Shown piece by piece: positions 1 to 9,754 of a DNA stretch of 64,000 nucleotides; positions within the stretch are counted from its first letter, which is position 1, and each line of letters starts with the position of its first letter. The DNA comes from Cellvibrionales bacterium. GTDB lineage: Bacteria; Pseudomonadota; Gammaproteobacteria; Pseudomonadales; JAHEIH01. The stretch is from assembly GCA_024639455.1 (NCBI GenBank), contig JAHEIH010000006.1, forward strand, positions 172,411 to 236,410, written 5' to 3'. The position numbers were made by a program, and so were the translations under genes. The notes under the pieces are model-generated. The model saw only the letters and a program-made list of their open reading frames with translations, made no database searches and was not told where the DNA came from.

Positions 1-109
1 GGTTCAAGAATTTAAACGCCTTAGCAGCGCGGTCGGGGGTATCTAGCAGGCCTGGTCGCTGCAGATCTTCACCGATTTCTTCGATGATTTTGGCAAAAGA
101 ATCTCGCAT
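1..109 (-). CDS. folE: GTP cyclohydrolase I FolE, N-terminal fragment; the gene runs off the left edge of the window
   Basis: The minus-strand frame reads MRDSFAKIIEEIGEDLQRPGLLDTPDRAAKAFKFLN. This matches the conserved GED..R.GLLDTP.R.AKA block near the N-terminus of short-form FolE. A GAGAG Shine-Dalgarno sits about 6 nt upstream of the ATG at 107-109. It is absent from the ORF track because it is truncated. Confidence 0.6.
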   Translation of the reverse strand, partial: MRDSFAKIIEEIGEDLQRPGLLDTPDRAAKAFKFLN

Positions 110-197
110 GAGCATCTCTCTATTATGATGTGTTGTGGAATGGTAGCAGAAGACCTTTAAGTGATAAACTTAGTTTTTCCCTCAAGGGCTTATTAGG

Positions 198-1112
198 ATG
201 GACTATACCGAGTTATACGAACTAAATACGATAAGAGATTGGCTGCGTTATAGTGTTAGTCAATTTTATTCGCACGATGTGTTCTTGGGACATGGTTCCA
301 ACGACCCTTGGCAAGAGGCGCGCCGCTTGGTGCTGCGTACACTTCAGCTTCCGGTGGAATCTGGTGACGATATTTTGGGCGCGCGTTTGGTTCGCTCGGA
401 AAAAGCCTTGTTAGCTGAACGTATACGCGCCCGTTGTGTTGATAAGGTTCCCACCGCCTATTTGCTGGGCGAGGCAGAGTTCGCCGGTATTAATTTTGTC
501 GTTAATCGCGATACCCTGGTGCCTCGCTCCCCCTTTGCAGAACTGATTCTTAAGCATTTTGAGGGTGTGGGGGAGTTGCCCCCCAATCCACTCATTCTCG
601 ATATGTGCACTGGGTCAGGCTGTATCGGTATTGCCTGCGCGTTGCACTTAGATGCTGAGCAGGTGGATTTAGTCGATATCTCCTCTGAAGCGCTTGCTAT
701 TGCCGATGAAAACGTCGCTATTTATGGTTTAGAAGATCGGGTTAATGTCGTTAGGTCAGATTTGTTCTGTCATGTCAGTGAGCATCAGCGCTACGATATG
801 ATCGTGTCAAATCCTCCCTATGTGGATGCCTACGATATGGCGTCATTGCCTGGCGAATACTTGCACGAGCCCGCCTTGGGCTTGGCCGCTGGCGAAGATG
901 GTTTGACCTTGGTACACACCATTTTGGCTAGCGCAGTTGAGTTTTTAACCCCAGAAGGTTTTTTGGTGGTCGAGGTTGGTAACTCATGGCCGGCGCTCGA
1001 GGCGGCTTATCCCGCCGTGCCGTTTCGCTGGCTAGAGTTTGACCGTGGCGGTCACGGGGTGTTTGTGCTGACCGCCGCTGAATTGGCCGAGCACTTTGGC
1101 GGCGCGGCGTAG
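198..1112 (+). CDS. prmB: 50S ribosomal protein L3 glutamine N5-methyltransferase
   Basis: 304 aa with the NPPY catalytic motif (VSNPPYV) and a SAM motif (LDMCTGSGCIG). It aligns collinearly with E. coli PrmB as I remember it, including the C-terminal FRWLEFDRGGHGVF block. The classic prmB-aroC adjacency is present. Confidence 0.9.
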   Translation: MDYTELYELNTIRDWLRYSVSQFYSHDVFLGHGSNDPWQEARRLVLRTLQLPVESGDDILGARLVRSEKALLAERIRARCVDKVPTAYLLGEAEFAGINFVVNRDTLVPRSPFAELILKHFEGVGELPPNPLILDMCTGSGCIGIACALHLDAEQVDLVDISSEALAIADENVAIYGLEDRVNVVRSDLFCHVSEHQRYDMIVSNPPYVDAYDMASLPGEYLHEPALGLAAGEDGLTLVHTILASAVEFLTPEGFLVVEVGNSWPALEAAYPAVPFRWLEFDRGGHGVFVLTAAELAEHFGGAA

Positions 1113-1166
1113 CCACTCCCGCAGCTAGCACGTATAATGCGCTTTTTAAGTTAGTGATGAGAAATT

Positions 1167-2264
1167 ATGTCAGGCAATAGTATCGGCAAACTATTTACAG
1201 TTAGCACCTTCGGTGAAAGCCACGGTCCCGCCTTGGGGTGTGTCATCGATGGCTGCCCACCCGGGTTAGAAATCGATGTTGAGTACATTCAGCGTGAGTT
1301 AGACCGCCGCAAGCCTGGCACGTCACGTTTTACTACCCAGCGCCGTGAAGACGATGAGATAGAAATTTTATCGGGCATGTTTGAGGGCAAAACGACCGGC
1401 ACGTCGATCGGCTTGGTAATTCGCAATAAAGATCAACGCTCCAAAGACTACGCCAATATTGCCGAAACCTTTCGTCCCGCTCACGCTGACTACACCTACA
1501 CACAAAAATACGGATTCCGCGATTATCGTGGCGGTGGTCGTTCATCGGCACGCGAAACAGCGATGCGTGTTGCTGCGGGCGCCTTTGCCAAGAAGTATCT
1601 AGAGGATCGTTACGGCGTCAAAGTTCGTGGATACATGTCGCAACTAGGCCCCGTAAAGGTTGAGTTTAAGGATTGGAATGAAGTGGATAACAACCCTTTC
1701 TTCGCGCCCAATGCCGATGTAGTGCCTAAGTTAGAAGAGTACATGATTGCCCTCAATAAAGAGGGTAATTCGGTGGGTGCCAAAATTACCATTGTGGCAG
1801 AAGGCTTGCCACCAGGTTTGGGAGAGCCGGTGTTTGATCGATTGGATGCCGAAATCGCACACTCTTTGATGAGCATCAACGCGGTAAAAGGTGTGGAAAT
1901 CGGCGATGGTTTCGATGCGGTGGCACAAAAGGGCACGGAACACCGCGATGAGTTGACCCCCGAAGGCTTCGCCAGCAACCATGCGGGCGGTATTTTGGGC
2001 GGTATTTCAACCGGTCAAGACATCGTCGCGCATATCGCGTTGAAGCCAACCTCCAGCATTCGCTTGCCCGGCCAGAGCATCAACACGCGCGGTGAGTCTA
2101 TCGAAGTGGTCACTAAAGGACGCCACGACCCCTGTGTGGGTGTTCGCGCAACACCCATCGCCGAGGCGATGATGGCCATTACACTGCTGGATCACGTGTT
2201 GCGACACCGCGGCCAAAACGCTGACGTCAACTGCGAGACCCCCGTTATCCCCGGCGCGCGCTAA
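1167..2264 (+). CDS. aroC: chorismate synthase
   Basis: 365 aa with chorismate synthase signatures: [26 protein letters not shown] and KPTSSI. Confidence 0.95.
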   Translation: MSGNSIGKLFTVSTFGESHGPALGCVIDGCPPGLEIDVEYIQRELDRRKPGTSRFTTQRREDDEIEILSGMFEGKTTGTSIGLVIRNKDQRSKDYANIAETFRPAHADYTYTQKYGFRDYRGGGRSSARETAMRVAAGAFAKKYLEDRYGVKVRGYMSQLGPVKVEFKDWNEVDNNPFFAPNADVVPKLEEYMIALNKEGNSVGAKITIVAEGLPPGLGEPVFDRLDAEIAHSLMSINAVKGVEIGDGFDAVAQKGTEHRDELTPEGFASNHAGGILGGISTGQDIVAHIALKPTSSIRLPGQSINTRGESIEVVTKGRHDPCVGVRATPIAEAMMAITLLDHVLRHRGQNADVNCETPVIPGAR

Positions 2265-2276
2265 GCCGGGGTCGCC

Positions 2277-3428
2277 ATGCCATACTGGCGACTATCGTCC
2301 TTCTATTTCAGCTATTTCTTTGTCGCTGGCGTGTGGATGCCATTCTGCGCGCTGTATTTTGCTGACCAAGGTTTCGCCACCGCTCAAATTGGATTGTTGG
2401 TGGCGATGATTTCCATCACGCGCATTGTCGCCCCCAATCTTTGGGGATGGCTGGCCGATAAAACCCAGCGGCGCATGGCCATTGTTAAGCTGGGGTTAAT
2501 CTGCTCGCTGGCAATTTTTAGTACAATTTACGTCAGTGATAGCATGGTATCCATGCTGCTAGTAGTGATGGGTTATACCTTTTTTCTCAATGCGGTGATG
2601 TCGCAGTTCGATGTTTTAACCTTGCGCTTCTTGGCCGACCAACACGCAAAATATGGTGCCATTCGGCTGTGGGGCTCCGTCGGGTTCGTCGTTGCTGTGC
2701 TGGCGGCGGGGTGGTTGTTCGATATTTTTAGCATTGCTGTGCTACCGCAAGTTTTGATCGCAGGACTCATCGTGGCGGCGATTATCCCATGGACCTTGAA
2801 GGAGCCAGAGCCTGAACGACACGATGATACGACCCACAGCCGTCGAGGCTTTGTCGAAACGCTACGCAAACCAGCCACCATTGCCTTCCTTGTCGCGGTG
2901 TTTTTAGTGCAAATTAGCCATGCCCCTTACTACACATTTTTTTCGATTTATCTAGAAAATAACGGCTATACCCGCACAGAAATTGGCTTGCTTTGGGCGT
3001 TTGCGGTGTTGGCCGAAGTAGCCATGTTTACCCAGACGCATCGGCTACTGCGATGTTTTAGCGTGCGCCTGCTAATGTTCGTGTCGCTGTCTGTCGCCGC
3101 TCTGCGCTGGACGGGTACCGCTTTGTTAGCAGAGTACTTGTGGATTTTGTTGTTGCTACAGACCTTGCACGCCTTTACCTTTGCTGTTTTCCACGCCGCC
3201 AGTGTCGACTTTGTGCGGCAGTACTTTCCTAAGCGCAGCCAAGGCCAAGCCCAAAGTATGCTCAACGCCACTGGCTTTGGTGCAGGTGCCGCCCTTGGCG
3301 CCTATGGTAGTGGATTGTTGTGGGATGAGTGGGGAATGTTGACCTATTACTTAGCCGGTGCGGCGGCGGCTATCGGTGCGCTGGCAATCTGGTATTATGT
3401 ATACCCGCCCAAGGCAGAGACGAACTAA
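2277..3428 (+). CDS. MFS transporter (LacY/nucleoside-symporter-like subfamily)
   Basis: 383 aa and very hydrophobic, with about 12 predicted helices in a 6+6 arrangement around a charged central loop (KEPEPERHDDTTHSRRG). The substrate cannot be determined from sequence. Confidence 0.75.
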   Translation: MPYWRLSSFYFSYFFVAGVWMPFCALYFADQGFATAQIGLLVAMISITRIVAPNLWGWLADKTQRRMAIVKLGLICSLAIFSTIYVSDSMVSMLLVVMGYTFFLNAVMSQFDVLTLRFLADQHAKYGAIRLWGSVGFVVAVLAAGWLFDIFSIAVLPQVLIAGLIVAAIIPWTLKEPEPERHDDTTHSRRGFVETLRKPATIAFLVAVFLVQISHAPYYTFFSIYLENNGYTRTEIGLLWAFAVLAEVAMFTQTHRLLRCFSVRLLMFVSLSVAALRWTGTALLAEYLWILLLLQTLHAFTFAVFHAASVDFVRQYFPKRSQGQAQSMLNATGFGAGAALGAYGSGLLWDEWGMLTYYLAGAAAAIGALAIWYYVYPPKAETN

Positions 3429-3640
3429 TGCAACGCGTTAAACGAATATACAAGCGCTATCTTCGCACCATAATTTTGGCGGTTGCCGCCACGGCGACCT
3501 TTGTTTGGTCGGCGATCGATATGTTTGGGGTAGACCCCGATGAAATGTGGCAATTCTTCAAATTAAGCGCCATGGGCTTGCTATTCATCGTCGCCGTGGC
3601 CGCCGTGTTGGCCACGGTGATGAAGTTACTGCGCCGCTAG
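3428..3640 (+). CDS. small two-helix membrane protein, hypothetical
   Basis: The ATG at 3428 shares one nucleotide with the MFS TAA stop (TAATG). The 70-aa product has a basic N-terminus (MQRVKRIYKRYLR) and two hydrophobic helices. The ORF-track entry 3329-3640 includes an upstream extension that lies inside the MFS gene. Confidence 0.45.
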   Translation: MQRVKRIYKRYLRTIILAVAATATFVWSAIDMFGVDPDEMWQFFKLSAMGLLFIVAVAAVLATVMKLLRR

Positions 3641-4149
3641 GCTAGATCAATATCTATGCCTAAGTTCAGACTGATTTCATTGATCTCGACCAGAAGGGCG
3701 TCAATATCTATTTGATCTGCCACTTGCACGATCACATCGGCTTCAAACATTGGGTCACCACTCATCGCGGCGCTAGTGATGCGGCTTTCTAACTGCTTAA
3801 CGTTAAAATTGTTTTGCTGCAGCGCCTGGCTTATGGATTTCACAATGCCGGGGCGATCGGTACCGAGAATATGTAGCTCAATCTCCATCAAATCTGTGCT
3901 GTTGTCGTCGCCAGTACGTTCGGTGACCACCTGCAAGCCCTCGGCTTTGAGCGATTGAAGTGACGCACACAATTCATCTCGCTGCGCTTCGTCGACGGTG
4001 ATCAACACGATACCAGTGAATTTGCCGGCCAATTGCGACAGATTACTTTCTAACCAGTTGCCACCGTGTTCAGATATGACATCCGCAAGGCGTTTTACCA
4101 ATCCGGGCTTATCTTCACCTATAAAGGTGAACACAATTTGTTCTAACAT
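3637..4149 (-). CDS. gcvR: glycine cleavage system transcriptional repressor-like protein with tandem ACT domains
   Basis: 170 aa with two ACT-type repeats: GEDKPGLVKRLADVISEHGGNW and GTDRPGIVKSISQALQQNNFNV. This is GcvR-like architecture. Confidence 0.6.
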   Translation of the reverse strand: MLEQIVFTFIGEDKPGLVKRLADVISEHGGNWLESNLSQLAGKFTGIVLITVDEAQRDELCASLQSLKAEGLQVVTERTGDDNSTDLMEIELHILGTDRPGIVKSISQALQQNNFNVKQLESRITSAAMSGDPMFEADVIVQVADQIDIDALLVEINEISLNLGIDIDLA

Positions 4150-4227
4150 GTGCTATGTTCCTAGTTGTTTTGATCCCAGTATAAACGTACCGCAATGATC
4201 TTCCATATGGATTTTAAGGAGATATTT

Positions 4228-5031
4228 ATGTTGATTAAGAAGTTAATTAGCGTCGCCGCCGTGGGCGTGTTGATGAGTAGCTTGGCGAACGCTGATGCCT
4301 TGCAATCAGCTATTGATGGTGCTCATCGTAGCGACAAAAATAGTGCGCGCGATGTGTATCGAAAGCCCTATGAAACACTCACCTTTTTCGAAGTTAACCC
4401 CGCCAACAAAGTGGTTGAAATCTGGCCCGGTGGCGGTTGGTATACCGAAATTTTGGCGCCTTACTTGATGGCAGATGGCCATTTTGTCGCTGCCCACTTT
4501 CCACCCCAAGAGAAAGAGGGCTATTTCAAGCGCTCGCTTGATGCCTATAATAAAAAGCTCGCTGCCAACCCGGAGGTTTACGGTAAGGTAGAGGTCACCG
4601 CACTGCAACCACCCGCCTTCGACAAAATTACCGAGCCGGGCACCGCCGACAACGTCTTAACCTTCCGCAACGTACATAACTGGACCAAGATTGGTATCGA
4701 TCAGATGATGTTCGATAGCTTTTTTGAGGCCCTCAAGCCCGGCGGAATTTTGGGTGTGGTTGAGCACCGTGCGTCCGAGGGGTCGAGCCTGGAATTCATG
4801 AAAGATAGCGGCTACGTCACCGAGGCTTACGTGATTAACTTGGCGGAAAATTCAGGTTTTGAATTGGTGGTGAGCGGCGATGTGCTTAACAACCCGCTGG
4901 ATACCAAGGATTACAAAGACGGTGTTTGGACCTTGCCACCGACACTGCGTTTGAAGGAAAAAGATCGTGAAAAATACCTTGCTATCGGCGAGAGCGATCG
5001 CATGACCTTAAAATTTGTAAAACCTGAGTGA
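4228..5031 (+). CDS. class I SAM-dependent methyltransferase-fold protein with an N-terminal signal peptide
   Basis: An AAGGAG Shine-Dalgarno lies 6 nt before the ATG at 4228. The signal-like N-terminus is MLIKKLISVAAVGVLMSSLANA/DA. Glycine-rich motif I is VVEIWPGGGWYTEIL and a post-I/II region is LKPGGILGVVEH. Confidence 0.7.
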   Translation: MLIKKLISVAAVGVLMSSLANADALQSAIDGAHRSDKNSARDVYRKPYETLTFFEVNPANKVVEIWPGGGWYTEILAPYLMADGHFVAAHFPPQEKEGYFKRSLDAYNKKLAANPEVYGKVEVTALQPPAFDKITEPGTADNVLTFRNVHNWTKIGIDQMMFDSFFEALKPGGILGVVEHRASEGSSLEFMKDSGYVTEAYVINLAENSGFELVVSGDVLNNPLDTKDYKDGVWTLPPTLRLKEKDREKYLAIGESDRMTLKFVKPE

Positions 5032-5267
5032 TCGCCATTCCCATACATGAACTCTCTGCAGAGGCGCTGCAGGGGGTTCTTGAAGAGTTTGTTAATCGCG
5101 AGGGCACCGACTACGGTGAGTTAGAGCTAAGTTTGTCTCAGAAAACTACGCTGCTGAAAGATCAGTGGCAACGGGGTGAAGTGGTGTTGGTATTTGATCC
5201 CGAATCGGAAACCACCACCTTCATTGGTCGCGATGATTGGCGGCAGCTTCAGACTCAAGCTCAGTAG
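5028..5267 (+). CDS. yheU: YheU family protein (UPF0270)
   Basis: 79 aa. A GTG start overlaps the upstream TGA stop (GTGA). The N-terminus IPIHELSAEALQGVLEEFVNREGTDYG matches the YheU family pattern. Confidence 0.7.
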   Translation: MIAIPIHELSAEALQGVLEEFVNREGTDYGELELSLSQKTTLLKDQWQRGEVVLVFDPESETTTFIGRDDWRQLQTQAQ

Positions 5268-5322
5268 GTGTCTGTAGGCACATTTTGTGGGACAATCGCC
5301 GTTTTAGTGACGGAATGAAGCC

Positions 5323-5556
5323 ATGTTTGACACCGCAGATCACCAGTTGGACGCCACAGGTCTTTTGTGCCCTGAGCCAGTGATGATGCTGCACAATAAG
5401 GTGCGTGACATGGCCAGTGGCGAAACCCTTTATGTGATGGCTACCGACCCCTCAACCCAGCGGGATATTCCCAAGTTTTGTATGTTTCTAGGCCATGAAT
5501 TGTTGCAGCAAGATGCCGACAACGAGTGTTTTAAATACCTTGTAAAGAAATGTTAG
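5323..5556 (+). CDS. tusA: sulfurtransferase TusA
   Basis: 77 aa with the active-site motif GLLCPEPVMM and the downstream DPSTQRDIPKFC block, collinear with E. coli TusA. Confidence 0.85.
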   Translation: MFDTADHQLDATGLLCPEPVMMLHNKVRDMASGETLYVMATDPSTQRDIPKFCMFLGHELLQQDADNECFKYLVKKC

Positions 5557-6113
5557 CCGAATCTTTTAGCCCTACCTTTGACTGTCAACATTTGGTCGAA
5601 ATTTTTAACCAAACGTTTGCAAGCGCCTACCACACCGAGCTTGTTGCGGGTGGCCATGAACCGCTTTACAGCCCACAGCACGGCCAATATAAGGCGCGTA
5701 TCGTCTTTGCCCACGATTATTTCTCTAGTGCCCTGCACGAGATCTCACACTGGTTAATCGCCGGTGAAGAGAGACGAAAAATGGAGGACTATGGCTATTG
5801 GTATTCGCCCGATGGTCGCGACACTAAGCAGCAGGCAGCCTTTGAAAAGGTAGAAGTGGCCCCTCAGGCGCTGGAGTGGATACTTAATAAGGCCTGCGGG
5901 AAATCTTTTCGGCTAAGTCTGGACAACCTCAGTGGTGACACCGGTGACAGCCGAGCATTTGCCGAAGCTGTTTGGCATAAGACAAGGGACTTGGCTACTC
6001 GCGGATTGTCAGTTCGAGCCAGCCAAATGCGCCAAGCCTTAATTCAATTTTATGGGACGCACTCTGCGCTAACCCCAGCAGATTTTCGTTTCGAGGAAAT
6101 ATACCGCCCGTGA
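5550..6113 (+). CDS. epmC: elongation factor P hydroxylase
   Basis: 187 aa with LVEIFNQTF, FAHDYFSSALHEISHWLIAG, EDYGYWYSPDGR and EVAPQALEW blocks, as in E. coli EpmC/YfcM. It overlaps tusA by 7 nt. Confidence 0.8.
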   Translation: MLAESFSPTFDCQHLVEIFNQTFASAYHTELVAGGHEPLYSPQHGQYKARIVFAHDYFSSALHEISHWLIAGEERRKMEDYGYWYSPDGRDTKQQAAFEKVEVAPQALEWILNKACGKSFRLSLDNLSGDTGDSRAFAEAVWHKTRDLATRGLSVRASQMRQALIQFYGTHSALTPADFRFEEIYRP

Positions 6114-7243
6114 CACTTCAGCCCTTAAATATAGTGGCGGATGAAAATATTCCAGCCATAGAGATGTTTGAATCGCTTGGCACAATAACGCGTGTGCCTG
6201 GTCGCGACATGTCTGCCGATCAATTGCGTGATGCTGATGTCCTGTTGGTGCGATCGGTCACCCGTGTTAATGAAGCACTGCTCGCCAACAGCAAAGTGCA
6301 GTTCGTAGGCACCGCCACTATTGGCATCGATCACTTAGACGTAGATTACCTTAATCGCCGCGGTATCGAGTGGTCCAATGCGCCTGGCAGTAACGCTAAT
6401 TCTGTCGCTGAATATGTACTTTCAGCGTTATGTTATTTTTATCAAGAGGGTTTAGCGCCACTGCTGGGTAAAAAAGCAGGCGTGGTGGGTTTTGGTAATG
6501 TAGGCAAAGTCGTAGCGTCCAAGCTACGTATGCTTGGCATGAAGATAGAAGCCTACGACCCCCTAATACCGATGACGGTAAGAAACCCACTTAGCAGTCT
6601 CTCGAGTGTATTTGATTGTGATGTGCTGTGCGTGCACGCCCCGTTAACACGCGGAACCACCTATCCCAGTTATCACATGATCGATGCTCGGCATTGGCAA
6701 TTATTGCGCAGAAATGCCTGCTTGATTAGCGCGGGGCGAGGAGGTGTGATTGGTGATCATGAGATTGCCGCGTTGCATCACAATCGGCCTGATGTGCGCA
6801 TGGCAATCGATGTATGGGAAAACGAACCTGCCATTAATTGGGCACTTGCACGCGAGGTTGATATCGCCACACCGCATATTGCCGGATATAGCTACGATGG
6901 GAAGGTGGCCGGAACGGTCATGATTTATGAGGCGCTTTGCCGCCATCTCAATCTGCCGTTTCCTTCTAAGAGACGCACGAAGGAAGCACAAGAAGACATT
7001 GATATACAGGGTGTTCATGCAACCAAACAACTGCACACGGCGATACAGCATGTTTATGACCTAAGTCGCGACAGCGAACGCTTTAAAGCCATTGAGGGTG
7101 ACCCTGAGCAGCGTGCAATATTATTCGACTTGCAACGTAAAAACTACCCTGAGCGGCGCGAATGTTCCCATTACAGGCTGGTAGGTCTTGCTGGTAATGC
7201 CAATTTACGTTCGCAGGCGCTGGGACTTGGGTTTACATTTTGA
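6110..7243 (+). CDS. pdxB: 4-phosphoerythronate dehydrogenase
   Basis: 377 aa. The GTG start overlaps the epmC stop (GTGA). Collinear with E. coli PdxB: VDENIP, LLVRSVTRVNEALL, GTATIGIDH, the NAD fold GVVGFGNVGK, HIAGYS, and the C-terminal dimerisation region NYPERRE. Confidence 0.9.
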   Translation: MTLQPLNIVADENIPAIEMFESLGTITRVPGRDMSADQLRDADVLLVRSVTRVNEALLANSKVQFVGTATIGIDHLDVDYLNRRGIEWSNAPGSNANSVAEYVLSALCYFYQEGLAPLLGKKAGVVGFGNVGKVVASKLRMLGMKIEAYDPLIPMTVRNPLSSLSSVFDCDVLCVHAPLTRGTTYPSYHMIDARHWQLLRRNACLISAGRGGVIGDHEIAALHHNRPDVRMAIDVWENEPAINWALAREVDIATPHIAGYSYDGKVAGTVMIYEALCRHLNLPFPSKRRTKEAQEDIDIQGVHATKQLHTAIQHVYDLSRDSERFKAIEGDPEQRAILFDLQRKNYPERRECSHYRLVGLAGNANLRSQALGLGFTF

Positions 7244-8385
7244 CACTTCGTGTAGGTCTACTGATTAATCCTTGGGCCGGTATTGGAGGCCCGGCAGGGC
7301 TGAAGGGAAGTGATGGTAAAGACGTCGTCGAACAAGCCCTTGCCCGCGGCGCCAATCCTCAATCCCAACAGCGTGTGCAGCAGGCTCTAAAGTCCATCCC
7401 GGCTATCGCCATTGCTATTCAATGGTTGACGGTGGCTGGCGATATGGGAGAAGACGCGTGCCGATGTGTGGGCATTGATCCCTTGGTTATTGGCAGCGCA
7501 AATTCTCAGCCAAGTACCGCGGCAGATACCGAGCGGTTAGCAAAATTACTCATCACGCACGGCATCGACGTTTTACTCTTTGCCGGTGGTGATGGCACCG
7601 CGCGCGATATCTACCGTGCCGTAGGAAGCCGTACGCCGGTGATTGGCCTGCCGGCTGGTGTGAAAATGCATTCTGGTGTCTATGCTGTGAGCCCAAACGC
7701 TGCGGCTTTGGCTATAGCAACGTTGGCGCGCGGAGAGGCCGTCGCGGTTCAGCACGGCGAGGTTCGCGATATTGATGAAGTCGCCTTTCGTTCGGGCATA
7801 GTAAAAACCCGTTTCTACGGTGAAATGTTGGTGCCGGCGGTGGACGAGCTGTTACAAGGGGTGAAGTCACCAGGACAGGCGGGTGAAGAAGACGTTCTTT
7901 TAGCAATAGCCGATACCATCGTTGAACAGCTGGACGACGATACACTAACAGTATTGGGGCCAGGTTCCACCACGATGACGATCTGTCAGCAGCTTGGTAT
8001 CGAGGGAACACTGCTAGGTGTGGATGTACTCCAAGGAAGTTCACTGTTGCATGCAGATATCAACGAAGCAGACCTCTTTTCACTGCTGAGTCAATCAGCT
8101 GCGCCAGTGATGATTTTTTTGACCGCCATTGGTGGGCAGGGGCATATTGTGGGTCGCGGGAATCAGCAAATTAGTGCGCGTATCCTGCGCTTGGTGGGTA
8201 GAGATAGAGTATGTATTTTGGCGTCTAGACAGAAGTTAGCCAGCTTGGCAGGAAAGCCTTTTGTGATCGATAGTGGTGATTCCCAATTAGATGAAGCGTG
8301 GGCCGGACCGATGCGGGTCATTTGTGATTATCGCGAACAAATCCTTTACCCGTTAGGGCGTCGATGGGAGGCAGAACATGAGTGA
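7240..8385 (+). CDS. ATP-NAD kinase family protein (diacylglycerol/NAD-kinase fold, AcoX/COG3199-like); substrate unknown
   Basis: 381 aa. The TTG start overlaps the pdxB stop (TTGA). It has a glycine-rich N-terminus (LINPWAGIGGPAGLKGSDG) and the GGDGT motif (LLFAGGDGTARDI). It is longer than housekeeping NadK and has a different N-terminus. Confidence 0.7.
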   Translation: MTLRVGLLINPWAGIGGPAGLKGSDGKDVVEQALARGANPQSQQRVQQALKSIPAIAIAIQWLTVAGDMGEDACRCVGIDPLVIGSANSQPSTAADTERLAKLLITHGIDVLLFAGGDGTARDIYRAVGSRTPVIGLPAGVKMHSGVYAVSPNAAALAIATLARGEAVAVQHGEVRDIDEVAFRSGIVKTRFYGEMLVPAVDELLQGVKSPGQAGEEDVLLAIADTIVEQLDDDTLTVLGPGSTTMTICQQLGIEGTLLGVDVLQGSSLLHADINEADLFSLLSQSAAPVMIFLTAIGGQGHIVGRGNQQISARILRLVGRDRVCILASRQKLASLAGKPFVIDSGDSQLDEAWAGPMRVICDYREQILYPLGRRWEAEHE

Positions 8386-9754
8386 CATCCTTGGAGTTTG
8401 GGTAGTCTTACCCGCCGTGGTCGCCATTGCCGTTGTACTCTATAGCAGGGAGGTAATCTCGGCGCTGTTGGCGGCCATGCTCTGTGCAGAAGGCTTGCTA
8501 TTAATTGGGCAAGGTCAAACTATCTTGGCGGCGCCAGCTGCCGTTGTCAGTCGCAGCTTGGCCGTGTTTCAGTCTGAAGGCAACGTCAAAGTATTGGCCT
8601 TTAGTCTGCTTATCGGCGCTTTTTTGGCCTTAATCCGTTATTCCGGCGGCGTTGCCGCCACCGTGAGGCGTCTTATTGCTATGGGATTAACTAACAGTCC
8701 GCGCCGCGCAGGTCTGTTGAGTTACATCGTTGGCCTCGCGTTATTCATTGAGAGTAACTTGAGTATTTTAACCGCGGGTATTGTCGCGCGGGGTCTGTTT
8801 GACCGGTTCGGTATGAGCCGTGCGCGTCTCGCGTACATCGTCGACGCCACTGCCGCCCCGGTGTGTATTTTGTTGATGATGAATGCCTGGGGTGTGTTTG
8901 TGTATGCCCTGATCCAAAACCAGGGCGTGGCGAACCCGGGCGATGTCCTACTGGGTACCATCGGTTATAACTTCTATGCGTGGATTGCTTTAGCGCTAGC
9001 GTTTTATACCGTTTGGACGGGCAGGGTGCACGGCGCCCTGGCTAACTTTGAAAAAACAGCGCTGGTATGTGCTAGCACAGCGGATGAAAATCATATTCAG
9101 GGCCGCAGCCGCTACATGCTGCTGCCTTTCGCTGCTCTACTGACAACCATGCTGGTGGGCCTCTATCTCACAGGCGATGGTGATATGCGCAGTGGCGATG
9201 GTGGGCTGTCTATTTTATTTGCCGTGCTGGTGGGTAGCGGTATTGCCTATGCGTTATTGCGTGCAGATAAACAATACCGTCACACAGAATTGATGGATCT
9301 CTCATTCAAAGGGATTGGCGAGCTGTTGCCGATGGTGATGATTTTGATGCTATCCATTGCCCTGGGTAGCTCGATGAAAGCGCTAGGGACAGGGGTGTAT
9401 ATTGCCTCTGTTGCCGGTGAACATTTACCACTATTGGCCATCGCGCCCCTTGTCTTCTTATCAGGGGCGATCGTTGCCTTTACCACCGGTACGTCTTGGG
9501 GAACGTTTGCGATTATGATCCCTATCGCTGTGCCCTTGGCCGTGGCGACGGGGCTGCCGATTGATCTTCTTGTAGCGGCTGCGCTCGGTGGCGGCGTGTT
9601 TGGTGACCATTGCTCGCCAATATCGGATACCACGGTGGTGTCTGCCCTGGCGGCGGGATGTGATGTATTAGACCACGTCTGGACGCAATTGCCGTATGCC
9701 TTGTTCGGCGCGTTGCTGGCCAGCGTGGCCTATTTATTGGTCGGTATTTTCTAA
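8378..9754 (+). CDS. Na+/H+ antiporter NhaC family transporter
   Basis: 458 aa, polytopic with roughly 11-12 helices and NhaC-family-like organisation. The ATG overlaps the upstream stop by 8 nt (ATGAGTGA). Confidence 0.75.
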   Translation: MSDILGVWVVLPAVVAIAVVLYSREVISALLAAMLCAEGLLLIGQGQTILAAPAAVVSRSLAVFQSEGNVKVLAFSLLIGAFLALIRYSGGVAATVRRLIAMGLTNSPRRAGLLSYIVGLALFIESNLSILTAGIVARGLFDRFGMSRARLAYIVDATAAPVCILLMMNAWGVFVYALIQNQGVANPGDVLLGTIGYNFYAWIALALAFYTVWTGRVHGALANFEKTALVCASTADENHIQGRSRYMLLPFAALLTTMLVGLYLTGDGDMRSGDGGLSILFAVLVGSGIAYALLRADKQYRHTELMDLSFKGIGELLPMVMILMLSIALGSSMKALGTGVYIASVAGEHLPLLAIAPLVFLSGAIVAFTTGTSWGTFAIMIPIAVPLAVATGLPIDLLVAAALGGGVFGDHCSPISDTTVVSALAAGCDVLDHVWTQLPYALFGALLASVAYLLVGIF

